Source: Heterodontus francisci (taxonomy: Eukaryota). From it: DNA of 64,000 nt. The notes under the pieces were generated by a model. It made no database searches and was not told the origin of the DNA. It was given only the letters and a program-made list of their open reading frames with translations. Each line of letters begins with the position of its first letter. The first letter of the stretch is position 1. Shown one piece after another: positions 29,573 through 43,389 of this stretch. A program made the position numbers and the translations under genes. Location: the NCBI RefSeq assembly GCF_036365525.1, contig NC_090378.1, positions 120,141,593 through 120,205,592 on the forward strand, written 5' to 3'.

Positions 29573-32525
29573 ATATAACTGTGGGATTTGTCAGGATAGC
29601 AGGAGGGACTGTGTGTCCATTATTGTATATTATATATAGCTGTGGGATGTGTCAGTACAGGAGGATCGACTGTGTGTCCATTATTATATATTATATATAA
29701 CTGTGGGATATGTCAGTACAGGAGGTGGGAATGTGTGTCCATTATTATATATTATATATAACTGTGGGATCTGTCAGTACAGGAGGTGAGACTGTGTGTC
29801 CATTATTAAATATTATATATAACTGTGGGATTTGTCAGGATAGCAGGAGGGACTGTGTGTCCATTATTGTATATTATATATAGCTGTGGGATGTGTCAGT
29901 ACAGGAGGATCGACTGTGTGTCCATTATTATATATTATATATAACTGTGGGATATGTCAGTGCAGGAGGTGGGAATGTGTGTCCATTATTATATATTATA
30001 TATAACTGTGGGATCTGTCAGTACAGGAGGTGAGACTGTGTGTCCATTATTATATATTATATATAACTGCGGGACGTGTCAGTGCAGGAGGTGGGACTGT
30101 GTATCCATTATTATATATTATAAATAACTGTGGAATGTGTCAGTACAGGAGGTGGGACTGTGTGTGCATTATTATATATTATATATAACTGCGGGACGTG
30201 TCAGTGCAGGAGGTGAGTCTGTGTATCCATTATTATATATTATTTATAACTGTGGGATATGTCAGTATAGGAGGTGGGACTGTGTGTCCATTATTATATA
30301 TTATATATAACTGTGTGATGTGTCAGTACAGGAGGTGGGACTGCGTGTCCATACTTATATATTATATATAAGTGTGGGACGTGTCAGTACAGGAGGTGGG
30401 ACTGTGTATCCATTATTATATATTATATATAACTGTGGGATATGTCAGTACAGTAGGTGGGACTGTGTGTCCATTATTATATATTATATATAACTGTGAG
30501 ATGTGTCAGTACAGGAGGTGGGACTGTGTGTCCATTATTATTTATTATATATAACTGTGGGATATGTCAGTACAGGAGGTGGGAATGTGTGTCCATTATT
30601 ATATATTATATATAACTGTGGGATTTGTCAGGATAGCAGGCGGGACTGGGTGTCCATTATTATATATTATATATAGCTGTGGGATGTGTCAGTACAGGAG
30701 GATCGACTGTGTGTCCATTATTATATATTATATATAACTGTGGGATATGTCAGTACAGGAGGTGGGACTGTGTGTCCATTATTATATATTATATATAACT
30801 GTGGGATATGTCAGTACAGGAGGTGAGACTGTGTGTCCATTATTATATATTATATATAACTGCGGGACGTGTCAGTGCAGGAGGTGGGACTGTGTATCCA
30901 TTATTATATATTATAAATAACTGTGGGATGTGTCAGTACAGGAGGTGGGACTGTGTGTCCATTATTATATATTATATATAACTGCGGGACGTGTCAGTGC
31001 AGGAGGTGGGACTGTGTATCCATTATTATATATTATAAATAACTGTGGGATGTGTCAGTGCAGGAGGTGGGACTGTGTATCCATTATTATATATTATATA
31101 TAACTGTGGGATATGTCAGTACAGGAGGTGGGACTGTGTGTCCATTATTATATATTATATATAACTGTGGGATGTGTCAGTGCAGGAGGTGGGACTGTGT
31201 ATCCATTATTATATATTATATATAACTGTGGGATATGTCAGTATAGGAGGTGGGACTGTGTGCCCATTATTATATATTATATACAACTGAGGGATGTTTC
31301 AGTACAGGTGGGACTGTGTGTCCATTATTATATATTATATATAACTGTGGGATATGTCAGTACAGGAGGTGGGAATGTGTATCCATTATTATATATTATT
31401 TATAACTGTGGGATATGTCAGTATAGGAGGTGGGACTGTGTGTCCATTATTATATATTATATATAACTGTGGGACATGTCAGTACAGGAGGTGGGACTGT
31501 GTGTCCATTATTATATATTATATATAACTGTGGGATGTTTCAGTACAGGTGGGACTGTGTGTCCATTATTATATATTATATTTAACTGTGGGATGTGTCA
31601 GTGCAGGAGGTGTGACTGTGTGTCCATTATTATATATTATATTTAACTGTGGGATGTGTCAGTGCAGGAGGTGTGACTGTGTGTCCATTATTATATATTA
31701 TAAATAACTGTGGGATGTGTCAGTACAGGAGGTGGGACTGTGTGTCCATTATTATATATTATATTTAACTGTGGGATGTGTCAGTGCAGGAGGTGTGACT
31801 GTGTGTCCATTATTATATATTATAAATAACTGTGGGATGTGTCAGTACAGGAGGTGGGACTGTGTGTCCATTATTATATATTATATATAACTGTGGGACG
31901 TGTCAGTACAGGAGGTGGGACTGTGTGTCCATTATTATATATTATATATAACTGTGGGATATGTCAGTATAGGAGGTGGGACTGTGTGTCCATTATGATA
32001 TATTATATATAACTGTGGGATATGTCAGTATAGGAGGTGGGACTGTGTGTCCATTATTATATATTATAAATAACTGAGGGATGTTTCAGTACAGGTGGGA
32101 CTGTGTGTCCATTATTATATATTATATTTAACTGTGGGATATGTCAGTATAGGAGGTGGGACTGTGTGTCCATTATTATATATTATAAATAACTGAGGGA
32201 TGTTTCAGTACAGGTGGGACTGTGTGTCCATTATTATATATTATATTTAACTGTGGGATATGTCAGTATAGGAGGTGGGACTGTGTGTCCATTATTATAT
32301 ATTATAAATAACTGAGGGATGTTTCAGTACAGGTGGGACTGTGTGTCCATTATTATATATTATATTTAACTTTGGGACGTGTCAGTACAGGAGGTGGGAC
32401 TGTGTGTCCATTATTGTATATTATATTTAACTGTGGGATATGTCAGTATAGGAGGTGGGACTGTGTGTCCATTATGATATATTATATATAAATGAGGGAT
32501 GTTTCAGTACAGGTGGGACTGTGTG

Positions 32526-35500
32526 TCCATTATTATATATTATCTCTAACTGTGGGATGTGTCAGTACAGGATGTGAGACTGTGTGTCCATTATTGTATA
32601 TTATATATAACTGTGAGATGTGTCATTACAGGAGGTGGGACTGTGTGTCCGTTATTATATATTTTATATAACTGTGGGATGTGTCAGTACAGTAGGTGGG
32701 ACTGTTTGTCCATTATTATATATTATTTTTTACTGTGGGATGTGTCAGTACAGGTGGTGGGACTGTGTGCCCATTATTATATATTTTATATAACTGTGGG
32801 ATGTGTCAGTACAGGAGGTGGGACAGTGTGTCCATTATTATATATTATTTGTTACTGTGGTTTGTGTCAGGACAGGAGGTCGGAATGTGTGTCCATTATT
32901 GTATATTATATATAACTGTGAGATGTTTCAATACAGGAGGATCGACTGTGTGTCCATTATTATATATTATATATAACTGTGGGATATGTCAGTACAGGAG
33001 GTGGGATTGTGTGTCCATTATTACATATTATATATAACTGTGGGAAGTGTCAGTGCAGGAGGTGGGACTGTGTTTCCATTATTATATATTATATATAACT
33101 GTGGGATATGTCAGTATAGGAGGTGGGACTGTGTGACGATTATTATATATTATATATAACTGAGGGATGTTTCAGGACAGGAGGTGGGACTGTGTGTCCA
33201 TTATTATATATTATATATAACTGTGGGATGTGTCAGTGCGGGATGTGGGACTGTGTGTCCAATATTATATATTATATATAACTGTCGCATGTGACAGTGC
33301 GGGAGGTGGGACCGTGTGTCCATTATTATATATTATATATAACTGTGGGTTGTGTCAGTAGAGGAGGTGGGACTGTGTGTCCAATATTATATATTATATA
33401 TAACTGTGGGATATGTCAGTGCAGGAGGTGGGGATGTGTGTCCAATATTATATATTATATATAATTGTGGGATGTGTCAGTGCAGGAGGTGGGAATGTGT
33501 GTCCATTATTATATATTATATACAACTGTGGGATGTGTCAGTTCGGGAGGTGGGACTGTTGTCCCTTATTATATATTATATATAACCGTGGGATGTGTCA
33601 GTATAGGAGGTGGGACTGTGTGTCCATTATTATATTTTATATATAAAGCTGTGGAACGTGTCAGTGCAGGAGGTGGGACCGTGTGTCCATTATTATATAT
33701 TCTTTATAACTGTGGAACGTGTCAGTCGAGGAGGTGGGACTGTGCGTCTTTTATTATATATTGTATATAACAGTGGGATGTGTCAGTGCAGGAGGTGGGA
33801 CTGTGTGTCCATTATTATATGTTATATATAACTGTGGGATGTGTCAGTGCGGGAGGTGGGACTGTGTGTCCAATATTATATATTACATATAACTGTGGGA
33901 AGTGTCAGTGCGGGAGGTGGGACTGTGAGTCAATTATTATATATTATATATAACTGTGGGATGTGTCAGTGCGGGAGGTGGGACTGTGTGTCCAATATTA
34001 TATATTATATATAACTGTGGGATGTGTCAGTGCAGGAGGTGGGGCTGTGTGTCCAATATTATATATTATCTATAATTGTGGGATGTGTCAGTGCAGGAGG
34101 TGGGAATGTGTGTCCATTATTATATAATCTATACAACTGTGGGATGTGTCAGTGCGGGAGGTGGGACTGTTGTCCCTTATTATATATTATATATAACTGT
34201 GGGATGTGTCAGTACAGGAGGTGGGACTATGTGTCCATTATTATATTTTATATATAAAGCTGTGGAAGGTGTCAGAGCAGGAGGTGGGACCGTGTTTCCA
34301 TTATTATATATTATATATAACTGTGGGAAGTGTCAGTGCAGGAGGTGGGACTGTGTTTCCATTATTATATATTATATATAACTGTGGGATATGTCAGTAT
34401 AGGAGGTGGGACTGTGTGACGATTATTATATATTATATATAACTGAGGGATGTTTCAGGACAGGAGGTGGGACTCTGTGTCCATTATTATATATTATATA
34501 TAACTGTGGGATGTGTCAGTGCGGGAGGTGGGACTGTGTGTCCAATATTATATATTATATATAACTGTCGCATGTGACAGTGCGGGAGGTGGGACCGTGT
34601 GTCCATTATTATATATTATATATAACTGTGGGTTGTGTCAGTAGAGGAGGTGGGACTGTGTGTCCAATATTATATATTATATATAACTGTTGGATATGTT
34701 AGTGCAGGAGGTGGGAATGTGTGTCCATTATTATATATTATGTACAACTGTGGGATGTGTCAGTGCGGGAGGTGGGACTGTTGTCCCTTATTATATATTA
34801 TATATAACCGTGGGATGTGTCAGTACAGGAGGTGGGACTGTGTGTCCATTATTATATTTTATATATAAAGCTGTGGAACGTGTCAGTGCAGGAGGTGGGA
34901 CCGTGTGTCCATTATTATATATTCTTTATAACTGTGGAACGTGTCAGTCGAGGAGGTGGGACTGTGCGTCTTTTATTATATATTGTATATAACAGTGGGA
35001 TGTATCAGTGCAGGAGGTGGGACTGTGTGTCTATTATTATATGTTATATATAACTGTGGGATGTGTCAGTGCGGGAGGTGGGACTGTGTGTCCAATATTA
35101 TATATTATATATAACTGTGGGAAGTGTCAGTGCGGGAGGTGGGACTGTGAGTCAATTATTATATATTATATATAACTGTGGGATGTGTCAGTGCGGGAGG
35201 TGGGACTGTGTGTCCAATATTATATATTATATATAACTGTGGGATGTGTCAGTGCAGGAGGTGGGGCTGTGTGTCCAATATTATATATTATATATAATTG
35301 TGGGATGTGTCAGTGCAGGAGGTGGGAATGTGTGTCCATTATTATATATTATATACAACTGTGTGATGTGTCAGTGCGGGAGAAGGGACTGTTGTCCCTT
35401 ATTATATATTATATATAACTGTGGGATGTGTCAGTACAGGAGGTGGGACTCTGTGTCCATTATTATATTTTATATATAAAGCTGTGGAAGGTGTCAGAGC

Positions 35501-38500
35501 AGGAGGTGGGACCGTGTTTCCATTATTATATATTATATATAACTGTGGAAAGTGTCGGTCGAGAAGGTGGGACTGTGCGTCCATTATTATATATTATATA
35601 TAACTGTGGGATGTGTCAATACAGGAGGTGGGACTGTGTGTCCATTATTATATATTATTTTTTACTGTGGGATGTGTCAGTACAGGAAGTGGGAATGCGT
35701 ATCCATTATTATATATTATATATAACTGTGGGACGTGTCAGTACAGGAAGTGGGAATGTGTATCCATTATTATATGTTATATATAACTGTGGGATGTGTC
35801 AGTACAGGAAGTGGGAATGTGTATCCATTATTACATATAATATATAACTGTGGGACGTGTCAGTACAGGAGGTGGGAATGTGTATCCATGATTATATATT
35901 ATATATAACTGTGGGACGTGTCAGTACAGGAAGTGGGAATGTGTATCCATTATTACATATTATATATAACTGTGGGACGTGTCAGTACAGGAGGTGGGAA
36001 TGTGTATCCATTATTACAGATTATATATAACTGTGGGACGTGTCAGTACAGGAAGTGGCAATGTGTATCCATTATTACATATTATATATATCTGTGGGAC
36101 GTGTCAGTACAGGAGGTGGGACTGTGTATGCATTATTATATATTATTTTTTACTGTGGGACGTGTCAGTACAGGAAGAGAGACTGTGTTTCCATTATTAT
36201 ATATTATTTATAACTGTGGGATGTGTCAGTACAGGAGGTGGGAATGTGTATCCATGATTATATATTATATATAACTGTGGGATGTGTCAGTGCAGGAGGT
36301 GGGACTGTGTATGCATTATTATATATTATTTTTTACTGTGGGACGTGTCAGTACAGGAAGAGGGACTGTGTTTCCATTATTATATATTATTTATAACTGT
36401 GGGATGTGTCAGTACAGGAGGTGGGAATGTGTGTCCATTATTATATATTATATATAACTGTGGGGTGTGTCAGTGCAGGAGGTGGGACTGTGTATGCATT
36501 ATTATATATTATTTTTTACTGTGGGACGTGTCAGTACAGGAAGAGGGACTGTGTTTCCATTATTATATATTATTTATAACTGTGGGATGTGTCAGTACAG
36601 GAGGTGGGAATGTGTATCCATTATTATATATTATTTCTTACTGTGGGATGTGTCAGTGCAGGAGTTGGGACTGTGTGTTCATTATTATATATTATATATA
36701 ACTGTGGGATGTGTCAGTACAGGAAGTGGGAATGCGTATCCATTATTATATATTATATATAACTGTGGGATGTGTCAGTACAGGAGGTGGGAATGTGTAT
36801 CCATTATTATATATTATATATAACTGCGGGATGTGTCAGTACAGGAGGTGGGAATGTGTATCCATTATTATATATTATATATAACTGTGGGATGTGTCAG
36901 GACAGGAGGTGGGACTGTGTGTCCATTATTGTATATTTTATATAACTGTGAGATGTGTCAGTACAGGAGCTGGGACTGTGTGTCCATTATTATATATTAT
37001 ATATAACTGTGGGCTATGTCAGTGCAGGAGGTGGGACTGTGTTTCCATTATGATATATTATATATAACTGTGGGTTGTGTCAGAACAAAGGTGGGTCTGT
37101 GTGTCCATTATTGTATATTTTATATAACTGTGAGATGAGTCAGTACAGGAGGTGGGACTGTGTGTCCATTATTATATATTATATATAATTGTGGGTCGTG
37201 TCAGTACAGGATGTGGGAATGTGTATCCATTATTATATATTATATATATCTGTGGGATGTGTCAGTGCAGGAGGTGGGACAGTGTGTCCATTATTATATA
37301 TTATTTTTTACTGTGGGATGTTTCAGTACAGGAGGTGGGAATGTGTATGTATTATTATATGTTATATATAACTGTGGGATGTGTCAGTGCAGGAGGGGTG
37401 ACTGTGTGTCCATTATTATATATTATATATAACTGTGGGACGTGTCAGTACAGGAAGTGGGACTGTGTGTCCATTATTATATATTATTTATAACTGTGGG
37501 ATGTGTCAGTGCAGGAGGTGGGACTGTGTGTCCATTATTATATATTATATATAACTGTGGGATGTGTCAGTGCAGGAGGTGGGACTGTGTGTTCATTATT
37601 ATATATTATATATAACTGTGGGATGTGTCAGTACAGGAAGTGGGAATGCGTATCCATTATTATATATTATATATAACTGTGGGACGTGTCAGGACAGGAA
37701 GTGGGAATGTGTATCCATTCATATATATTATATATAACTGTGGGACGTGTCAGTACAGGAGGTGGGACTGTGTGTCAATTATTATATATTATTTCTTACT
37801 GTGGGATGTGTCAGTGCAGGAGGTGGGACTGTGTATCCATTATTATATATTATATATAACTGTGGGATGTACCAGTGCAGGAGGTGGGACTGTGTGTCCA
37901 TTATTATATATTATTTTTTACTGTGGGACGTGTCAGTCCACGAGGTGGGAATGTGTATCCATTATTATATATTATCTCTAACTGTGGGATGTGTCAGTAC
38001 AGGATGTGAGACTGTGTGTCCATTATTGTATATTATATATAACTGTGAGATGTGTCATTACAGGAGGTGGGACTGTGTGTCCGTTATTATATATTTTATA
38101 TAACTGTGGGATGTGTCAGTACAGTAGGTGGGACTGTTTGTCCATTATTATATATTATTTTTTACTGTGGGATGTGTCAGTACAGGTGGTGGGACTGTGT
38201 GCCCATTATTATATATTTTATATAACTGTGGGATGTGTCAGTACAGGAGGTGGGACAGTGTGTCCATTATTATATATTATTTGTTACTGTGGTTTGTGTC
38301 AGGACAGGAGGTCGGAATGTGTGTCCATTATTGTATATTATATATAACTGTGAGATGTTTCAATACAGGAGGATCGACTGTGTGTCCATTATTATATATT
38401 ATATATAACTGTGGGATATGTCAGTACAGGAGGTGGGATTGTGTGTCCATTATTACATATTATATATAACTGTGGGAAGTGTCAGTGCAGGAGGTGGGAC

Positions 38501-41500
38501 TGTGTTTCCATTATTATATATTATATATAACTGTGGGATATGTCAGTATAGGAGGTGGGACTGTGTGACGATTATTATATATTATATATAACTGAGGGAT
38601 GTTTCAGGACAGGAGGTGGGACTGTGTGTCCATTATTATATATTATATATAACTGTGGGATGTGTCAGTGCGGGATGTGGGACTGTGTGTCCAATATTAT
38701 ATATTATATATAACTGTCGCATGTGACAGTGCGGGAGGTGGGACCGTGTGTCCATTATTATATATTATATATAACTGTGGGTTGTGTCAGTAGAGGAGGT
38801 GGGACTGTGTGTCCAATATTATATATTATATATAACTGTGGGATATGTCAGTGCAGGAGGTGGGGATGTGTGTCCAATATTATATATTATATATAATTGT
38901 GGGATGTGTCAGTGCAGGAGGTGGGAATGTGTGTCCATTATTATATATTATATACAACTGTGGGATGTGTCAGTTCGGGAGGTGGGACTGTTGTCCCTTA
39001 TTATATATTATATATAACCGTGGGATGTGTCAGTATAGGAGGTGGGACTGTGTGTCCATTATTATATTTTATATATAAAGCTGTGGAACGTGTCAGTGCA
39101 GGAGGTGGGACCGTGTGTCCATTATTATATATTCTTTATAACTGTGGAACGTGTCAGTCGAGGAGGTGGGACTGTGCGTCTTTTATTATATATTGTATAT
39201 AACAGTGGGATGTGTCAGTGCAGGAGGTGGGACTGTGTGTCCATTATTATATGTTATATATAACTGTGGGATGTGTCAGTGCGGGAGGTGGGACTGTGTG
39301 TCCAATATTATATATTACATATAACTGTGGGAAGTGTCAGTGCGGGAGGTGGGACTGTGAGTCAATTATTATATATTATATATAACTGTGGGATGTGTCA
39401 GTGCGGGAGGTGGGACTGTGTGTCCAATATTATATATTATATATAACTGTGGGATGTGTCAGTGCAGGAGGTGGGGCTGTGTGTCCAATATTATATATTA
39501 TCTATAATTGTGGGATGTGTCAGTGCAGGAGGTGGGAATGTGTGTCCATTATTATATAATCTATACAACTGTGGGATGTGTCAGTGCGGGAGGTGGGACT
39601 GTTGTCCCTTATTATATATTATATATAACTGTGGGATGTGTCAGTACAGGAGGTGGGACTATGTGTCCATTATTATATTTTATATATAAAGCTGTGGAAG
39701 GTGTCAGAGCAGGAGGTGGGACCGTGTTTCCATTATTATATATTATATATAACTGTGGGAAGTGTCAGTGCAGGAGGTGGGACTGTGTTTCCATTATTAT
39801 ATATTATATATAACTGTGGGATATGTCAGTATAGGAGGTGGGACTGTGTGACGATTATTATATATTATATATAACTGAGGGATGTTTCAGGACAGGAGGT
39901 GGGACTCTGTGTCCATTATTATATATTATATATAACTGTGGGATGTGTCAGTGCGGGAGGTGGGACTGTGTGTCCAATATTATATATTATATATAACTGT
40001 CGCATGTGACAGTGCGGGAGGTGGGACCGTGTGTCCATTATTATATATTATATATAACTGTGGGTTGTGTCAGTAGAGGAGGTGGGACTGTGTGTCCAAT
40101 ATTATATATTATATATAACTGTTGGATATGTTAGTGCAGGAGGTGGGAATGTGTGTCCATTATTATATATTATGTACAACTGTGGGATGTGTCAGTGCGG
40201 GAGGTGGGACTGTTGTCCCTTATTATATATTATATATAACCGTGGGATGTGTCAGTACAGGAGGTGGGACTGTGTGTCCATTATTATATTTTATATATAA
40301 AGCTGTGGAACGTGTCAGTGCAGGAGGTGGGACCGTGTGTCCATTATTATATATTCTTTATAACTGTGGAACGTGTCAGTCGAGGAGGTGGGACTGTGCG
40401 TCTTTTATTATATATTGTATATAACAGTGGGATGTATCAGTGCAGGAGGTGGGACTGTGTGTCTATTATTATATGTTATATATAACTGTGGGATGTGTCA
40501 GTGCGGGAGGTGGGACTGTGTGTCCAATATTATATATTATATATAACTGTGGGAAGTGTCAGTGCGGGAGGTGGGACTGTGAGTCAATTATTATATATTA
40601 TATATAACTGTGGGATGTGTCAGTGCGGGAGGTGGGACTGTGTGTCCAATATTATATATTATATATAACTGTGGGATGTGTCAGTGCAGGAGGTGGGGCT
40701 GTGTGTCCAATATTATATATTATATATAATTGTGGGATGTGTCAGTGCAGGAGGTGGGAATGTGTGTCCATTATTATATATTATATACAACTGTGTGATG
40801 TGTCAGTGCGGGAGAAGGGACTGTTGTCCCTTATTATATATTATATATAACTGTGGGATGTGTCAGTACAGGAGGTGGGACTCTGTGTCCATTATTATAT
40901 TTTATATATAAAGCTGTGGAAGGTGTCAGAGCAGGAGGTGGGACCGTGTTTCCATTATTATATATTATATATAACTGTGGAAAGTGTCGGTCGAGAAGGT
41001 GGGACTGTGCGTCCATTATTATATATTATATATAACTGTGGGATGTGTCAATACAGGAGGTGGGACTGTGTGTCCATTATTATATATTATTTTTTACTGT
41101 GGGATGTGTCAGTACAGGAAGTGGGAATGCGTATCCATTATTATATATTATATATAACTGTGGGACGTGTCAGTACAGGAAGTGGGAATGTGTATCCATT
41201 ATTATATGTTATATATAACTGTGGGATGTGTCAGTACAGGAAGTGGGAATGTGTATCCATTATTACATATAATATATAACTGTGGGACGTGTCAGTACAG
41301 GAGGTGGGAATGTGTATCCATGATTATATATTATATATAACTGTGGGACGTGTCAGTACAGGAAGTGGGAATGTGTATCCATTATTACATATTATATATA
41401 ACTGTGGGACGTGTCAGTACAGGAGGTGGGAATGTGTATCCATTATTACAGATTATATATAACTGTGGGACGTGTCAGTACAGGAAGTGGCAATGTGTAT

Positions 41501-43389
41501 CCATTATTACATATTATATATATCTGTGGGACGTGTCAGTACAGGAGGTGGGACTGTGTATGCATTATTATATATTATTTTTTACTGTGGGACGTGTCAG
41601 TACAGGAAGAGAGACTGTGTTTCCATTATTATATATTATTTATAACTGTGGGATGTGTCAGTACAGGAGGTGGGAATGTGTATCCATGATTATATATTAT
41701 ATATAACTGTGGGATGTGTCAGTGCAGGAGGTGGGACTGTGTATGCATTATTATATATTATTTTTTACTGTGGGACGTGTCAGTACAGGAAGAGGGACTG
41801 TGTTTCCATTATTATATATTATTTATAACTGTGGGATGTGTCAGTACAGGAGGTGGGAATGTGTGTCCATTATTATATATTATATATAACTGTGGGGTGT
41901 GTCAGTGCAGGAGGTGGGACTGTGTATGCATTATTATATATTATTTTTTACTGTGGGACGTGTCAGTACAGGAAGAGGGACTGTGTTTCCATTATTATAT
42001 ATTATTTATAACTGTGGGATGTGTCAGTACAGGAGGTGGGAATGTGTATCCATTATTATATATTATTTCTTACTGTGGGATGTGTCAGTGCAGGAGTTGG
42101 GACTGTGTGTTCATTATTATATATTATATATAACTGTGGGATGTGTCAGTACAGGAAGTGGGAATGCGTATCCATTATTATATATTATATATAACTGTGG
42201 GATGTGTCAGTACAGGAGGTGGGAATGTGTATCCATTATTATATATTATATATAACTGCGGGATGTGTCAGTACAGGAGGTGGGAATGTGTATCCATTAT
42301 TATATATTATATATAACTGTGGGATGTGTCAGGACAGGAGGTGGGACTGTGTGTCCATTATTGTATATTTTATATAACTGTGAGATGTGTCAGTACAGGA
42401 GCTGGGACTGTGTGTCCATTATTATATATTATATATAACTGTGGGCTATGTCAGTGCAGGAGGTGGGACTGTGTTTCCATTATGATATATTATATATAAC
42501 TGTGGGTTGTGTCAGAACAAAGGTGGGTCTGTGTGTCCATTATTGTATATTTTATATAACTGTGAGATGAGTCAGTACAGGAGGTGGGACTGTGTGTCCA
42601 TTATTATATATTATATATAATTGTGGGTCGTGTCAGTACAGGATGTGGGAATGTGTATCCATTATTATATATTATATATATCTGTGGGATGTGTCAGTGC
42701 AGGAGGTGGGACAGTGTGTCCATTATTATATATTATTTTTTACTGTGGGATGTTTCAGTACAGGAGGTGGGAATGTGTATGTATTATTATATGTTATATA
42801 TAACTGTGGGATGTGTCAGTGCAGGAGGGGTGACTGTGTGTCCATTATTATATATTATATATAACTGTGGGACGTGTCAGTACAGGAAGTGGGACTGTGT
42901 GTCCATTATTATATATTATTTATAACTGTGGGATGTGTCAGTGCAGGAGGTGGGACTGTGTGTCCATTATTATATATTATATATAACTGTGGGATGTGTC
43001 AGTGCAGGAGGTGGGACTGTGTGTTCATTATTATATATTATATATAACTGTGGGATGTGTCAGTACAGGAAGTGGGAATGCGTATCCATTATTATATATT
43101 ATATATAACTGTGGGACGTGTCAGGACAGGAAGTGGGAATGTGTATCCATTCATATATATTATATATAACTGTGGGACGTGTCAGTACAGGAGGTGGGAC
43201 TGTGTGTCAATTATTATATATTATTTCTTACTGTGGGATGTGTCAGTGCAGGAGGTGGGACTGTGTATCCATTATTATATATTATATATAACTGTGGGAT
43301 GTACCAGTGCAGGAGGTGGGACTGTGTGTCCATTATTATATATTATTTTTTACTGTGGGACGTGTCAGTCCACGAGGTGGGAATGTGTA
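32526..43389. repeat. Near-identical tandem duplication of a 5432-bp block (about 89 monomers): 32526-37957 and 37958-43389
   Basis: ORF pairs are offset by exactly 5432 with matching translations (32559/37991, 33352/38784, 35428/40860, 37152/42584). The rare variant TATCTCTAACT marks both starts. Confidence 0.92.
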
